A stretch of DNA of 64,000 bases from Bdellovibrionales bacterium. Its GTDB lineage: Bacteria; Bdellovibrionota; Bdellovibrionia; Bdellovibrionales; JAUICD01. The notes below the pieces were generated by a model. It was not told where the DNA came from. It searched no databases and worked only from the letters and a program-made list of their open reading frames with translations. Positions within the stretch are counted from its first letter, which is position 1, and every line of letters begins with the position of its first letter. The position numbers and the translations under genes were made by a program. This document shows, piece by piece, positions 29,942 to 41,747 of the stretch. The stretch covers positions 2,208,001 to 2,272,000 of the forward strand of contig OZ253553.1 of the NCBI GenBank assembly GCA_965262715.1. Reading direction: 5' to 3'.

Positions 29942-31618
29942 ATGAGAAAATCAAAATATTATTTTTTAACAATTCAGCTCGTTTTATTTGCTTTAATCAT
30001 TTTTATCTTTTTGCCATCTTGTGGAAACAAAGCAGTTTCAACAAAAAAAGCTCCTGGCTATCTATCTAATATTGATACCCGTCTCCATACAAACAGGCCA
30101 GGGCACCGTATCGCTGATAGAACAGAAACCCCAATAGAAGGTGATTCAACAATAACACAAAATGAAGAAGAACAGCATATCCGCATAGAAGACATCTCTA
30201 TACAAGAGCAAAGGTCTATAGGAGGCCCACTGACAGCAACACTCAAACTTATTGTGGATGAAGAAGAAACGGAAATTGACCTTTTTGGAATAATAGATTC
30301 AGATGGAACAGTAGATTTGCGACCAATAGGACGAGGCAACTTAGTTCATGGTGTTGCTACATGTATTGACAAAGAATTTTGCCATCAAATTGTTTTAGAT
30401 ATCTATTATAGAACAGAGACTGGGACACTTAAAAGACACCAAGTTCAGTCTGTAACCCCTGAAGTTCAAGTCATTGAAAATATAGACATTCAAGACCCTT
30501 CTATTGATAACTCTAACGACCAACAAGAGCCTTCTCCTCAAATAGATTCTCCTAAAACAGAAGAAGAAACTCCAGTTATAGACACACCAAAAAAAGAACC
30601 TCTAATAGTGAATGTTCCTCCAGATATCCCCGAAGGTGCTGTTGAAGAACCATTATCAGTCATTATTACAAGACCTCCTTTTGATCTTGATGCAATTTAT
30701 AAATTACCTCTTCCTACACCTTCTCGTATAGAACGACAAAGAATGGACACCGCAATTATTAGAGAAAGACTTGAAGAAGGAGAAGACATAACATCCATTC
30801 AAGCAGATCTGCCTGAGCCAACAAATCAAACTCCTCTAGAAGCTGATGAAACCGATCCTAAAAGTGCAGAATTTACTCCAACGATTTCCCCTGATGATGA
30901 AGTAAGAGAAGCCATGGGAATAGCACCTAGCCAATTTAAAGATGATTATCTAAATCAGAATGGTTCTATGGAAAATGCAATTAGAAGGCAAGCCATCAAT
31001 AGAAGAAGTAGTGGAACACTACAAGAAGGAGAAAGGCTTATTCAAGATGTTTTCGGCATTAAATGGTTACAACATGGAGATTCTCATATCAAATGGGTTA
31101 CTTCAATGACAAATCATTTCATAAGAATAGTAGGATCAGAATATCAAAGACAGCACCCACAACATTTTGTGATCATAAACAGATCTTCAAAACAATACGG
31201 TGGACGTGTTAGTCCTCACAAAACACATCAAAATGGACTGGATTTAGATGTAGCTTACCCTCATGCAGATCGCCACATGCAACGCTTTTGGAATGTTTTT
31301 AACGGCAACGGGCAGTTTATTATGACAGAAAAAGATGCAGAGAAAACAATGGATCTATTAAAAACTATGTCTGCAACAGATGTTATTAATAAATATCATG
31401 TTGATCAATCTGTGAAGGATTATTTAACACATATAGCTGAGACAACAGGTCAACTTGAAGAGCAATGCCCTATTCTAACACAGCTTTGCCATGCTAGCGG
31501 TCACCGAAATCATATACATGTACAGCTTAAATGCACTCAATTCAATGAAGGCTGCCATGATTCCGCAGACCCACCTTATTCAACATGCCCCACGCCAAGA
31601 GCATGTCAAGGAATATAG
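29942..31618 (+). CDS. lipoprotein with a C-terminal MepA-like (penicillin-insensitive murein endopeptidase) domain
   Basis: Lipobox LPSC; GGRVSPHKTHQNGLDLD and HRNHIHV LAS-type zinc motifs; Pro/Glu-rich linker. Confidence 0.8.
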   Translation: MRKSKYYFLTIQLVLFALIIFIFLPSCGNKAVSTKKAPGYLSNIDTRLHTNRPGHRIADRTETPIEGDSTITQNEEEQHIRIEDISIQEQRSIGGPLTATLKLIVDEEETEIDLFGIIDSDGTVDLRPIGRGNLVHGVATCIDKEFCHQIVLDIYYRTETGTLKRHQVQSVTPEVQVIENIDIQDPSIDNSNDQQEPSPQIDSPKTEEETPVIDTPKKEPLIVNVPPDIPEGAVEEPLSVIITRPPFDLDAIYKLPLPTPSRIERQRMDTAIIRERLEEGEDITSIQADLPEPTNQTPLEADETDPKSAEFTPTISPDDEVREAMGIAPSQFKDDYLNQNGSMENAIRRQAINRRSSGTLQEGERLIQDVFGIKWLQHGDSHIKWVTSMTNHFIRIVGSEYQRQHPQHFVIINRSSKQYGGRVSPHKTHQNGLDLDVAYPHADRHMQRFWNVFNGNGQFIMTEKDAEKTMDLLKTMSATDVINKYHVDQSVKDYLTHIAETTGQLEEQCPILTQLCHASGHRNHIHVQLKCTQFNEGCHDSADPPYSTCPTPRACQGI

Positions 31619-31880
31619 TTTAAAAATATCTATTATTAAAAGATCTTTTTATATATTACTTTGATTTTCAAAAGCTTAGCAGTTAAGTCTTTTCGCAACT
31701 TGCTTCTAAATGTTTTGTCAAACTATCTATGCCTGAATACATACCATTGTAACAAATAAAGAAAACATAATCATATCAAAACATTTCAATAACCTAGACT
31801 TATGGCCATGGTTGCCTAAAACACTAATAACTTTAGTGTTTTATGTCTTTATTTTCATAATATTATATACATCTTTTACT

Positions 31881-31907
31881 TAAGTTTTCAGGCATTTTAA
31901 TCGATAA
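31881..31907 (+). promoter_or_regulatory. sigma28-like promoter candidate
   Basis: TAAG-N15-ATCGATAA upstream of 31979. Confidence 0.3.
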
Positions 31908-31978
31908 GAGAGAATGGTATACTATATTTAACAGACTCATAATGATAAGAATACAATCTATAACGAGAAGGGCAATCC

Positions 31979-32329
31979 ATGCTTATTAAGAAACACATTG
32001 GAGTTTTCATTGTAGTTTTTGTTCTTACATTTTTAACAACACAAATAGGACTTGCCAATCTTTATGTCCTAGTTAAAGGAAAAGTGAAATCTCATGAGGG
32101 TGGAATTTACACTATTGAAACTAACAAGTCTTTAGTCCACATAAAAGATCAAAGCCTTACATTAGAGCTTAAACGAACACTTCATAGAAGAATAGGCCGT
32201 CAAATACAAATAACCGTTCCACAACAGGCTATCGCTTCTCAATCTACTCAATCAAATAAATCGACTAGAACTCAAGCAAATATTAAAAAGAAAAGAACAT
32301 TAAATAAAAACTTAAAGGCAAATAAGTAA
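31979..32329 (+). CDS. small secreted hypothetical protein
   Basis: Signal peptide; basic beta-rich mature region. Confidence 0.6.
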   Translation: MLIKKHIGVFIVVFVLTFLTTQIGLANLYVLVKGKVKSHEGGIYTIETNKSLVHIKDQSLTLELKRTLHRRIGRQIQITVPQQAIASQSTQSNKSTRTQANIKKKRTLNKNLKANK

Positions 32330-32349
32330 AGAAAAGAGAGGTATTTAGA

Positions 32350-33057
32350 ATGAAGATGCGAAGGAACTCAAACCTATTTAATAAAGTTGTCTTACATAGA
32401 ATAATTTATAAGCTCATTATTTTCACTACAGCTTATATACCAAGTATGTATGTTCATGCTATTTATGAAGACTGTGAAGCTGTTACACACCCTTATATAG
32501 AAGTCAGTTTATGTAAAATAAGAATAAAAAACTGCAAAAACAATGGCGTCCCAGACACTAGAACAAATCTCGAGGCAACCTGTGATATAGCCCATTTGTC
32601 ATGCCCAGCAAGTTCTAATGCAGAATGTTATCCCTTCGCCTGTCCTACCAATCCAAATGAGTGTGCTAACGATAATGAAGGTGATGGTATTACAAATTAT
32701 ACAAACACCGCCACAATTCAAGCAATTCCACCATACAGTGGCTGTAAAAAACAAGGAGAAACAATAGTAGAAGACTACCGATGTAAAATGACAGTGACCT
32801 CTTGCAAACAAGGTCGTGAATATGCTATTCCCCCAGGAACTCCCGCAACAGCTGTTTGTGATACAGGTATATGTGATAGAAAAAATCCTCCAGATTGCAA
32901 GTGTCCTACTGACCCAAATGAATGTGTTAATGATTCCCAAGGAGATAATTTTACAGTTTATAACAATACTGAGTATATTAGATCATCAGATGTTAGAACA
33001 AGTCCACCAAGTCGACATAGGTGCCCCACACCAAGTTGTAGTGGAAGAAACAACTAA
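32350..33057 (+). CDS. secreted Cys-rich protein with two internal repeats
   Basis: Repeated CK...CK...CD...C...CPT(N/D)PNEC.ND..GD..T.Y.NT..I units. Confidence 0.75.
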   Translation: MKMRRNSNLFNKVVLHRIIYKLIIFTTAYIPSMYVHAIYEDCEAVTHPYIEVSLCKIRIKNCKNNGVPDTRTNLEATCDIAHLSCPASSNAECYPFACPTNPNECANDNEGDGITNYTNTATIQAIPPYSGCKKQGETIVEDYRCKMTVTSCKQGREYAIPPGTPATAVCDTGICDRKNPPDCKCPTDPNECVNDSQGDNFTVYNNTEYIRSSDVRTSPPSRHRCPTPSCSGRNN

Positions 33058-33094
33058 AAGATATTCTTTTTTAACAGTAGCGCACGTACATAAT

Positions 33095-33133
33095 AAAAGA
33101 GAGGGGTTATGATTTCAAGATAACTCCTTTTTT
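33095..33133. terminator. rho-independent terminator-like hairpin between convergent genes
   Basis: ggggttat-gatttcaag-ataactcc followed by a T run and preceded by an A-rich stretch. Confidence 0.5.
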
Positions 33134-33261
33134 CTATTTAAAACATTCAACAAAAACATCCTGTATATTGTGTAATATGAACATTTAATTTTCTATTTTT
33201 CAAATAGGTGCATTTTATTTGTCTGGAATCTGGCCTCTGGGAAACAAGAGATAAAGTTAAC

Positions 33262-35415
33262 TTACTTCAAGTTTTCTCTATAAATCAGAGGTAATCCTAT
33301 AAAAAAAGTAATAATAGATAAAAAAGTGGCTAGTCGCCAACTTAAGCTCTGGCCAAAATCAAACCGTATTTTATTCTGAGAAGGCACCATTCCTATCAAT
33401 CCAGGAGAGATTAAATAAATAGGATCATTCGTAGATGTTTTCCAAGAAGGATGGTAAGCAAACTTCACAACATGAGGAACACCAACACAATTTGTCTCTA
33501 AATCAAAACCAAAAAAATCTACAGTCACATTTGTCTCACAATCTTTCTTAGAATTGTTTTCAATAGTTATTTTAAATTTCTCTGTATCAGAATTTAAGGC
33601 GAGCAACTGCCATGGATTTTCTCCATCATATTTATCAAACCATTTGTTCATTGTGTGCCTCCAATCATCTGTTTTTTCAATAAGATTCACAGAACCATAA
33701 ATAGGGTCTGCAAATGAAGGAGAATTCTTTAAATGATAGAGTGTCCAGGGATCAAATCCTTTCTCTTCAATAAGGTAATCTGCTTGTCGAATTTTTTCCT
33801 TGCTTTCATCTGTAAAAACAATGATATGACCAATTCCCATAAGATTGAGCTTAGGAGCTAAATTTTCAATTCCATAACTTGGACAAATATAACCTCTGAT
33901 AGGACAAGAAGGCGACTTGCTCACTTTTGCTTGCATATAGTAAGATGTGGGGGAAAGTAAATTAGCTTCTGCATATAATCCTTCTAAGGTGGCTCTAGAG
34001 GTAAAATAAGGTAACATTTCAAAAACACGTGGAGTTCCGGCAGCGTTATGTAGAGTATTATGCTCGAATATAATACGAGGTTTAGAAAATCCAGGTGAAA
34101 TCCCTTCATACAACTTTTGTAAGTTAGGGTAATATTTCTTATTCTGCCATCCTGAATAATTCCATTGACTCCAATAAGAAAAATTCTTTATATAGCCTGT
34201 CATCCACCACATCATTAGTAAAATAGCGGGAAGAACAAATATAGAAAAACCCTTTTTTGGAATATAGATACGATTTACAAAAGCACATAAAATACTTGAA
34301 GAAATACATAAAAAGAGTGTAATTTGAGGAAGCACTCGACTATCTACTAAGCCTATTTTAGGAAACACAAAAAACAATCCAAAATAAACTAAGGCTGGTA
34401 TCATCCAAAACAGCAAAGACTTATATTCTAAAATTTTATGCTTCCTTTGAAAAAACACAAACCCCATAAAAACAAGTCCGATAAAACTAACTGCATATAT
34501 TGGATATAACTCTTTAGAAGTAAAAACATCTACAAGAGCCTTGGTTCCAAAATACATAGCTACAGGAGTTGTCCATGAATGATGATCCATCATAGGCCAT
34601 AAAAACCAAAGTGATAAAGCAAGAGTGGTCAATCCTGTAATAACCAATATTTTCAACCAACTAACCAACTGGTGTCTTTTCGCAAATACCAAAACTGAAA
34701 GAAAAAACACAGGAATAATAACAAAAACATACGCATGAGATAAAGCTGTGGCTGAAAAAAAACAAATAGCTGCTATAGATATGTGATTTTGTTTGATACT
34801 TTTAACCAAACATCCAAGCCCTAATAAAAGAAAGCAAAGAGCATAAAGGTGAGCAAACTGCCCTGAAAGAGTAGAAAGGGTATTTCCTCCAAACATAGAA
34901 TAAGACTCATTGTAAAGATGTGGTAAAGTTAAACATACAGCTAATATAGGTGTTGGAAATTTAAAATCCATTTGGCGCATACAAAAATAAACACAAAAAG
35001 GAAGCATAAAAATAGGTAAGAGTGTGCCAATATTAAAAGCTGTCCCTAAGTCTACAAAAAAACTTATAATGACCATAATCATAAAAGGCAGAGGAAAATA
35101 GTGGAGCAATACTGGCTCTCCACCTAAGTTTCCTGGATTCCACAACCGAAGATAGAGAGCTTGCTCGCCAAGATAACGAGGGTCTAATAATTTTAATAAA
35201 TAAGGAACTCCTTCATTTTTTAGAACATAAAGTGGCCAAAAGTGTGATCCCATATCACCACCTGTTGCAGGAAGTGAGTTAAGAACATCTATAGGAAGGT
35301 GGTAAATCAAAAAACCTGAAACAAAAATTAGGCCTAAAAGGTCTATGATGTTTTCTGCAATAAATTGTTTTGTTAATTTAATATAACTCATTATATTAAT
35401 CCCTATAAAAACCAA
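33262..35415 (-). CDS. polytopic membrane protein, GT-C-like glycosyltransferase (PTPS-related domain family)
   Basis: TGGDMGSH, WNPGNLGGEP..HYFPLP, GGNTLSTLSGQFA, RATLEGLYAE; many TM helices. Confidence 0.7.
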   Translation of the reverse strand: MVFIGINIMSYIKLTKQFIAENIIDLLGLIFVSGFLIYHLPIDVLNSLPATGGDMGSHFWPLYVLKNEGVPYLLKLLDPRYLGEQALYLRLWNPGNLGGEPVLLHYFPLPFMIMVIISFFVDLGTAFNIGTLLPIFMLPFCVYFCMRQMDFKFPTPILAVCLTLPHLYNESYSMFGGNTLSTLSGQFAHLYALCFLLLGLGCLVKSIKQNHISIAAICFFSATALSHAYVFVIIPVFFLSVLVFAKRHQLVSWLKILVITGLTTLALSLWFLWPMMDHHSWTTPVAMYFGTKALVDVFTSKELYPIYAVSFIGLVFMGFVFFQRKHKILEYKSLLFWMIPALVYFGLFFVFPKIGLVDSRVLPQITLFLCISSSILCAFVNRIYIPKKGFSIFVLPAILLMMWWMTGYIKNFSYWSQWNYSGWQNKKYYPNLQKLYEGISPGFSKPRIIFEHNTLHNAAGTPRVFEMLPYFTSRATLEGLYAEANLLSPTSYYMQAKVSKSPSCPIRGYICPSYGIENLAPKLNLMGIGHIIVFTDESKEKIRQADYLIEEKGFDPWTLYHLKNSPSFADPIYGSVNLIEKTDDWRHTMNKWFDKYDGENPWQLLALNSDTEKFKITIENNSKKDCETNVTVDFFGFDLETNCVGVPHVVKFAYHPSWKTSTNDPIYLISPGLIGMVPSQNKIRFDFGQSLSWRLATFLSIITFFIGLPLIYRENLK

Positions 35416-35458
35416 TTTTACTTAATTTTAATATTAAGTTATTTATCATCCTAAATCA

Positions 35459-36108
35459 CCGGTTTATTTTTAGGAAAGAGACTACCCTCGTTTTTTTACA
35501 TCATGTTAGGGAAATTGTTTTTGTTTCCTAAAAATAAACCTGCCTCTATTTCACTAAAATGCACCTGACCTCTGGTCACTTTCTGGCAGTTAGCATTTTT
35601 TTGAAGGCGTAAGCCTTCAGGCTAATTGCCCAAAAACTGCCAAAGGTAAGGGATGTATTGTTTTTTAGAAAAACAAGGAAAAAACCTTTGGGGCAATGAC
35701 TGGATATTTATGGCAAAGCCAAGTAGTCCTCGATGGGATCGCTTTTTAGCGATCCCATCTGCGGAAGAACCTGTCTTTGCCATAAATATCCAGTCTTATC
35801 TTGCTATGAAAAGATTAAAGGTAATTTGTAGAGGAGAAAGTAGGAAATGAGAAATAAAATAGTAAACGATTCCCTTAACATCGTGTAAAAGAATGAGGAT
35901 AGTCTCCTTCCTAAAAATAAACGGATTTTTGAGGCAGGTTCATTTTTAGGGATACAGTTTCCTTAACATCGTGTTAAAGAACGAGGGTAGTCTCTCTCCT
36001 AAAAATAGTCAGGCTTTCTAGGCATTGCCCTATTTGCCAAACGGCGTGAGCCAGTTTGGGGGCAATGCCAGAAAGTGGCCAGAGGCCAGACTATTTTTAG
36101 GGATACAG
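35459..36108. repeat. composite array of palindromic modules A and B in mixed orientation
   Basis: Reverse A 35958-36108 (aaaaatagtc/gactattttt stem), reverse B 35651-35830 (closely similar to 59951-60128), further A fragments 35459-35648 and 35868-35957. Confidence 0.88.
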
Positions 36109-36158
36109 GTCCAGTTTCTTATTGTTTATCTACGATATTATAGACTTTTCATGCTTGT

Positions 36159-36944
36159 TTGTTTTTTTATATAAGTCTTTCTGGTATTTTTAAAGCTATG
36201 AAGTACCGTTTTATATTCTTACTTGTCATTTTAAGTATTCTCTTATTAATTACCTGTTTCTATCATATAGATAATTCAAATACTTTTAAGTTAAAACATA
36301 TTTATATTTCTTATACCTCTCCAGACCAAACAAAACAGCTTTATTGGAAGGATCGTATAGACACTCTTAAAAACAAATGGGGCTCATTTAAAGGAAAAAA
36401 TCTTTGGAATATTCGTATTTCTAAAATCAAAAAAACCTTATCCAAAGAGGCATGGATTAAAAAACTTCAAGTACAACGCAAATGGCCTAATGCGCTAAAT
36501 ATTTTATTAACCCCTAAAAAAGTATTAGCTATTGAAGTAAGCAGTCAAGGGCTTGTTATGCCTCTATCTGAAAATGGGGAGCCTCTTGATCCAAGCCCAC
36601 TCACTAGGTCTATTATTGCTCCTGTTTTAAGATACTCTAAACAATATCTTCCACAAAATAATAAAAAAGTCAGGGCACAAATCACTCACCTACTATCTCG
36701 TCTGCCAGATCAAGGATATTTAAGCTTGTCACAAATTGATGAAATCACTGTAGAGCAAAATGAAATATACCTACATATTCTAAAAGAAAGAATGAAGATA
36801 CAACTTGGAGAAAAAAATATCCCTATAAAGATAGCAAGAGTGGAGAAGGTTCTAGAATATTTGAAAAGTCAAAATATTACAAGCCGCGTTATTGACGCTC
36901 ACCTCTCCCAAAAAGTTCTTGTGAGACCATATAAACATCGATAG
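36159..36944 (+). CDS. ftsQ: cell division protein FtsQ
   Basis: TM plus POTRA-like WIKKLQVQRKWPNALNI; directly upstream of ftsA. Confidence 0.85.
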   Translation: MFFYISLSGIFKAMKYRFIFLLVILSILLLITCFYHIDNSNTFKLKHIYISYTSPDQTKQLYWKDRIDTLKNKWGSFKGKNLWNIRISKIKKTLSKEAWIKKLQVQRKWPNALNILLTPKKVLAIEVSSQGLVMPLSENGEPLDPSPLTRSIIAPVLRYSKQYLPQNNKKVRAQITHLLSRLPDQGYLSLSQIDEITVEQNEIYLHILKERMKIQLGEKNIPIKIARVEKVLEYLKSQNITSRVIDAHLSQKVLVRPYKHR

Positions 36945-37069
36945 CCTAAAATAGGGGCTATTAGAAGCAAATCTTTGTAATTACTCATTTTTTAACCTGT
37001 TTGTCTATAGACAAAAGTCTTAATAATACATTTATGCATAATTACTTATGAAAAAAGGTAAAAAAGCAA

Positions 37070-38326
37070 ATGAAGAACCTCAAACGAAAAGAATCTATCA
37101 TCGCAAGTTTAGATATAGGCAGCATGGAGGTACGGGCTGTTATCGGCCAAGTCTTTGAATCAAATATAGATATTATAGGTGTTGGCCGAGCATCCAGCCA
37201 TGGTTTACGCAAAGGAATTGTCGTCAACATTGATGATACGACTAAAGCTATCCACGAAGCCATCGAAGCTGCTGAGCTTATGGCAGGAACGGATGTCTCT
37301 ACAGTTTATGTTGGAATTTCTGGCTCTCATATCAATTCTTTTGATTCAAGAGGAATGGTAGCAATTCAAGGTAAAGAAATTCGCTCTATTGATGTTCAAA
37401 GAGTGATAGATGCTAGCCAGGCTGTTTCTGTTCCTTCAGATCGCAATGTGATTCACATTATTTCCAAAGGATTTAAAGTGGATGATCAAGAAGGTATTAG
37501 TGACCCTATTGGAATGTCTGGCGTGAGATTAGAATCATCTGTACACATTGTGACAGCTAATCGCACAGCCCTACAAAACGTTTTAAAATGTTGTCAAAAA
37601 GCAGGCTTAAAAGTTGAATCTATTGCTTTAAACACATTAGCATCTGCTAATTTTCTACTCAGTGCAGATGAACAAAGCTTAGGAGTAGGCCTTGTAGATA
37701 TTGGGGAAGAAACAACTAATATTATTCTTTACACTAAAGGGGAATTAGCATTCACCACAGTATTACCTATAGGAGCTAATTCTATCACAAATGACATTGC
37801 TATTGTTTTAAAAACTCCTCTAACGGATGCAGAAAAACTCAAATGTCAATTTGGATGTGCCATGCCTAACTTGGTTATGGAAGGCGAAACTTTAGATATT
37901 TCAAGTGTAGGTGATCGTCCAAAACAAGATATACAAAGAAAATATCTCTGTGAAATTATTGAACCACGTGCTGAAGAAATATTCCATCTGATTCAAAATA
38001 AAATTCAAAAAACAAGTTTAGCCTCTCAACTAGCTTCAGGAATCGTTCTTACAGGAGGAGGCAGTCAACTAGATGGCCTTGTTGAGATGGGAGAATTTCT
38101 TTTTGACATGCCAGTAAGAAAAGGTCATTTGCAAAACATAGGAGGATTAAAAGAAACTGTCAGTTGCCCTTCGTTCACTATGGGGATAGGATTATTATTA
38201 TATGGGTTAGAAGAAAGAGAAAAAAGAAGATTTAGATCTCAACCTAGTCTAGCTCAATGGTTAAAAAAATCAGCTCAATTGTTAAAAGGCTTTGTGACAA
38301 GGAGGAAGCATGTTGGAAATAGATGA
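37070..38326 (+). CDS. ftsA: cell division protein FtsA
   Basis: [37 protein letters not shown]. Confidence 0.97.
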   Translation: MKNLKRKESIIASLDIGSMEVRAVIGQVFESNIDIIGVGRASSHGLRKGIVVNIDDTTKAIHEAIEAAELMAGTDVSTVYVGISGSHINSFDSRGMVAIQGKEIRSIDVQRVIDASQAVSVPSDRNVIHIISKGFKVDDQEGISDPIGMSGVRLESSVHIVTANRTALQNVLKCCQKAGLKVESIALNTLASANFLLSADEQSLGVGLVDIGEETTNIILYTKGELAFTTVLPIGANSITNDIAIVLKTPLTDAEKLKCQFGCAMPNLVMEGETLDISSVGDRPKQDIQRKYLCEIIEPRAEEIFHLIQNKIQKTSLASQLASGIVLTGGGSQLDGLVEMGEFLFDMPVRKGHLQNIGGLKETVSCPSFTMGIGLLLYGLEEREKRRFRSQPSLAQWLKKSAQLLKGFVTRRKHVGNR

Positions 38327-39944
38327 AAATATAGAATTTGGAGCAAATATCAAAGTCATCGGTGTTGGCGGTGGTGGTGGAAATGCTGTTTCAACTATGA
38401 TCAATAGTGGCTTAAAGGGCGTTGAGTTCATCATTGCAAATACAGATAAACAAGCTCTAAACTCTAACTCAGCAGATGTCCGCATACAACTGGGTCAGGA
38501 ACTTACAAAAGGATTAGGCGCAGGGGCTGATCCTGAAGTTGGCAGACGTGCTGCTATAGAATCACAAAATGATATTGCCAATGCCTTAAAAGGTATTGAT
38601 ATGGTATTTGTCACAGCTGGAATGGGAGGTGGAACAGGAACTGGCGGAGCCCCTGTTATTGCAAAAATTGCTAAGGATATGGGAGCTTTAACAATCGGAG
38701 TTGTCACTCGTCCATTTATTTTCGAAGGACGTAAAAGACAACGTCATGCAAATATAGGGCTTTCAGAACTTAAGGAGAATGTCGACACATTGATTGTTAT
38801 TCCCAATCAAAAACTACTTAGTATTTCTGCTGAAAAAACACCACTTCTTGATACCTTTAAAAAAGCTGATGAAGTTTTACTCAATGCTGTTCAGGGTATC
38901 TCTAACTTAATTAATGTAAAAGGACTAATTAATTTAGACTTTGCAGATATCAAGACAGTCATGTCAAATCAAGGTATGGCTATTATGGGAGCTGGAAGCG
39001 CATCAGGAGATAACCGAGCTACAGAAGCTGCCTCTAATTCTATATCCTCACCTTTACTTGAAAATATCTCTATTAAAGGTGCAACAGGCATTATCATCAA
39101 TGTAACAGGGCCTTCTAACCTTAGCCTACATGAAGTCAATGAGGCATCGACATTGATCACTGACTTAGCTCATGAAGATGCAGAGATTATATTTGGTGCT
39201 GTTATTGATGAAACCTTAACAGATGAATTGAAAGTGACAGTGATTGCGACAGGATTTGATGAAAACAAAAACGCTGAAATAGAAAAACCTCATTTTCACA
39301 CTCACAAAAACAATATAAATCACAGACATTTACAAACAAATAACTATCAAGATACGAGTTATTTAAATAATACACTTTCAAATACCCACAACCCTTCTCA
39401 TTTTGTAGATGCCACTCAACAAACCAACCATCCACCGCTACCTCCTCCTAACACCTGGCAAAACAAAGAATCAAATATACATTCTTCTTTAACATCTCTT
39501 GGCTTATCTTCTAAGTCTTTAGCACATCAAATATTGACAACTCTTCCTCCAAACACAGACTTACCTGTCAGCAATATAGATTTACCAACTCATGATACTA
39601 AAACAAAAGAGGGTGAGACTTCTAAGTCAAATCAGGATAACATCAATAATGAAGAAATCGAAAAGCTCAGTAGTGAACAAAACCAAATATTTGAAGAAGA
39701 GACAGAGAAAGACTTACAATCAAGACAAGCTTTATTAGACAAAATAAAATCTTATAAACAATCTTATCAAGAAAAAGATGATATAGCTTCTAGACAACTA
39801 TCCATGGATATACCTATAGAAGATACGACAAGTTCTGAAAACATCTTATTTGAAAAAGAACTAGACTCACCTTTTGATCAAAATATGCTTGATATACCTG
39901 CTTATATTAGAAAAAAGCATGCTCAAAAATCCAAAAATATTTGA
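38310..39944 (+). CDS. ftsZ: cell division protein FtsZ with a long linker
   Basis: [18 protein letters not shown] tubulin signature, C-terminal LDIPAYIRK. Confidence 0.98.
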   Translation: MLEIDENIEFGANIKVIGVGGGGGNAVSTMINSGLKGVEFIIANTDKQALNSNSADVRIQLGQELTKGLGAGADPEVGRRAAIESQNDIANALKGIDMVFVTAGMGGGTGTGGAPVIAKIAKDMGALTIGVVTRPFIFEGRKRQRHANIGLSELKENVDTLIVIPNQKLLSISAEKTPLLDTFKKADEVLLNAVQGISNLINVKGLINLDFADIKTVMSNQGMAIMGAGSASGDNRATEAASNSISSPLLENISIKGATGIIINVTGPSNLSLHEVNEASTLITDLAHEDAEIIFGAVIDETLTDELKVTVIATGFDENKNAEIEKPHFHTHKNNINHRHLQTNNYQDTSYLNNTLSNTHNPSHFVDATQQTNHPPLPPPNTWQNKESNIHSSLTSLGLSSKSLAHQILTTLPPNTDLPVSNIDLPTHDTKTKEGETSKSNQDNINNEEIEKLSSEQNQIFEEETEKDLQSRQALLDKIKSYKQSYQEKDDIASRQLSMDIPIEDTTSSENILFEKELDSPFDQNMLDIPAYIRKKHAQKSKNI

Positions 39945-40315
39945 ATTTAAAAGCATACAGTAGGCTTCTTCTATAGGCAACAAGCATCCCCCGTGCCACA
40001 TTACTGTTATTTTGTGATTTTATTATGGAATAAAATACTTCAAGAAAAATTTGTTCCCTGAGGCACTGGCCTGAGCCTAATGTATGATTTTAACTCTAAA
40101 TGTCTATTTTGTGTAACACTAAATCATTTAAAACAACCCCACCCCTAGAATAAGTATATAGATTCTTAAAGTAACTAAACTTCTGCAGAAAAACATCTTT
40201 TAATCATCTCTTACAAAAGCAAAGACGTAGTTAGACAAAAATACCAAAAATACCCTATACACTTAATATAAAGAGTATTATATTGAATAAGTAAAAACTT
40301 GGGAGCATATTACAA

Positions 40316-41176
40316 ATGAACTGGTTTGATCTTCGCAAAGGGTTTCTGATATTATTTGTGATTATATTACCATTACTATCACTTAATCTGCAAAACAAAA
40401 CATTAAAATGGTACTTAAGCCCTTTTATTTCAATAGCTTCTAATATACAAAGTGCTTACTCTGGCTTCACAGCAAGCATACAAAGTACAACATCTCTATA
40501 TTTAAATCTCATAGACATAAAGAAAAAAAACCTCAAGCTAAAAAAAGAAGTGATAAAAATAAATGCGCTCAAGGTTCAACTTTCAGAAGTTCAAATAGAA
40601 AATGAACGTTTAGAGCAGCTTTTAAATTTCAAGAATAACATACAACAACAATCATTAGCCGCTAGGGTCATAGCTCATGACTTGTTGTTTGGCACACATT
40701 CCACTATTCGTGTTAATCGCGGCACACAAGATGGAGTTGAAATCAACCAATCTGCTATCACTCCTTTAGGAGTCGTAGGTGTTGTTTTCCATGCTGAAAA
40801 GACATTCTCAGACATCCTCATATTAACAGATAACTTTTCAACAATAGATGCCATGGTCCAAAGGTCTCGAGTGCGTGGTGTGATTGCGGGTAAAAGAGGT
40901 TCTTGCACAATGCAGTACCTTGAAAGAGCTGATGATGTCCAAAGTGGTGATTTGATTATAACAACCGGTCTCGACAATATTTTTCCAAAAGGCATCCCCA
41001 TAGGTCATGTCATAAAAGTGCAAAAAAGAAGTCACGACATCTCTCAACAGGTTGAAGTAGAGCCTCTTATTAATCCTCATAATTTAGAAGAAGTACTTAT
41101 CATATTAAAACTTCCTACAGTCAAAACTATTCAGCCTTTAATTTCAAAAAATGAATTAAAAAAAGAAGAAATGTAA
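40316..41176 (+). CDS. mreC: rod shape-determining protein MreC
   Basis: TM, coiled coil ENERLEQLL, VNRGTQDGV, TTGLDNIFPKGIPIG. Confidence 0.95.
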   Translation: MNWFDLRKGFLILFVIILPLLSLNLQNKTLKWYLSPFISIASNIQSAYSGFTASIQSTTSLYLNLIDIKKKNLKLKKEVIKINALKVQLSEVQIENERLEQLLNFKNNIQQQSLAARVIAHDLLFGTHSTIRVNRGTQDGVEINQSAITPLGVVGVVFHAEKTFSDILILTDNFSTIDAMVQRSRVRGVIAGKRGSCTMQYLERADDVQSGDLIITTGLDNIFPKGIPIGHVIKVQKRSHDISQQVEVEPLINPHNLEEVLIILKLPTVKTIQPLISKNELKKEEM

Positions 41177-41192
41177 TTTTAAAAAGATTATT

Positions 41193-41735
41193 ATGACAAA
41201 CAAATTAAACTTATATATCAACTTTACAATAATGTTTACATTACTTTTATTGTTCTGCTTAATACAAACAACCACTTTATCACAATCTATGACAGCCTCT
41301 CAAGCTCCTAATCTATGGATCGCTTTTACAGTATATATTGCTTTATTTAGAAGACTTCCAGAAGGGTTGCTTTGGATTTATTTAAGCAGCTTAACAGGAA
41401 CTATTTTTTCTCATTGTTCTTTAAGCTTTTTTCTCATCAGTCAAATAATAATTTTATTTTATATAAGAACTATGAATATTTTTTGGAAAGGCGGCAGATA
41501 TTTTCTAATATTTTATAGCACTTCCATTATTTTATTCTATATAAGTAATTACTTCCTTTCTGTATTATTAAACTTACAAACTTTATATGATGTTTATTGG
41601 AATTCCTTTTTTTATCAGATTTTATGGGCTATCATACTCGGCTATCCTATTTATCAATTGCTTAAATGGATAGATGACCTCACAAAACGAAGCTCATCCT
41701 CTATAGACGCAGATGATTTAACATTAACAATTTAA
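41193..41735 (+). CDS. mreD: rod shape-determining protein MreD
   Basis: Hydrophobic 180-aa protein between mreC and mrdA. Confidence 0.7.
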   Translation: MTNKLNLYINFTIMFTLLLLFCLIQTTTLSQSMTASQAPNLWIAFTVYIALFRRLPEGLLWIYLSSLTGTIFSHCSLSFFLISQIIILFYIRTMNIFWKGGRYFLIFYSTSIILFYISNYFLSVLLNLQTLYDVYWNSFFYQILWAIILGYPIYQLLKWIDDLTKRSSSSIDADDLTLTI

Positions 41736-41747
41736 AAGGGACTACTT

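Noticed and set aside
35653..35850. 65-aa ORF
   Set aside because: It is a translation of module B on the opposite strand
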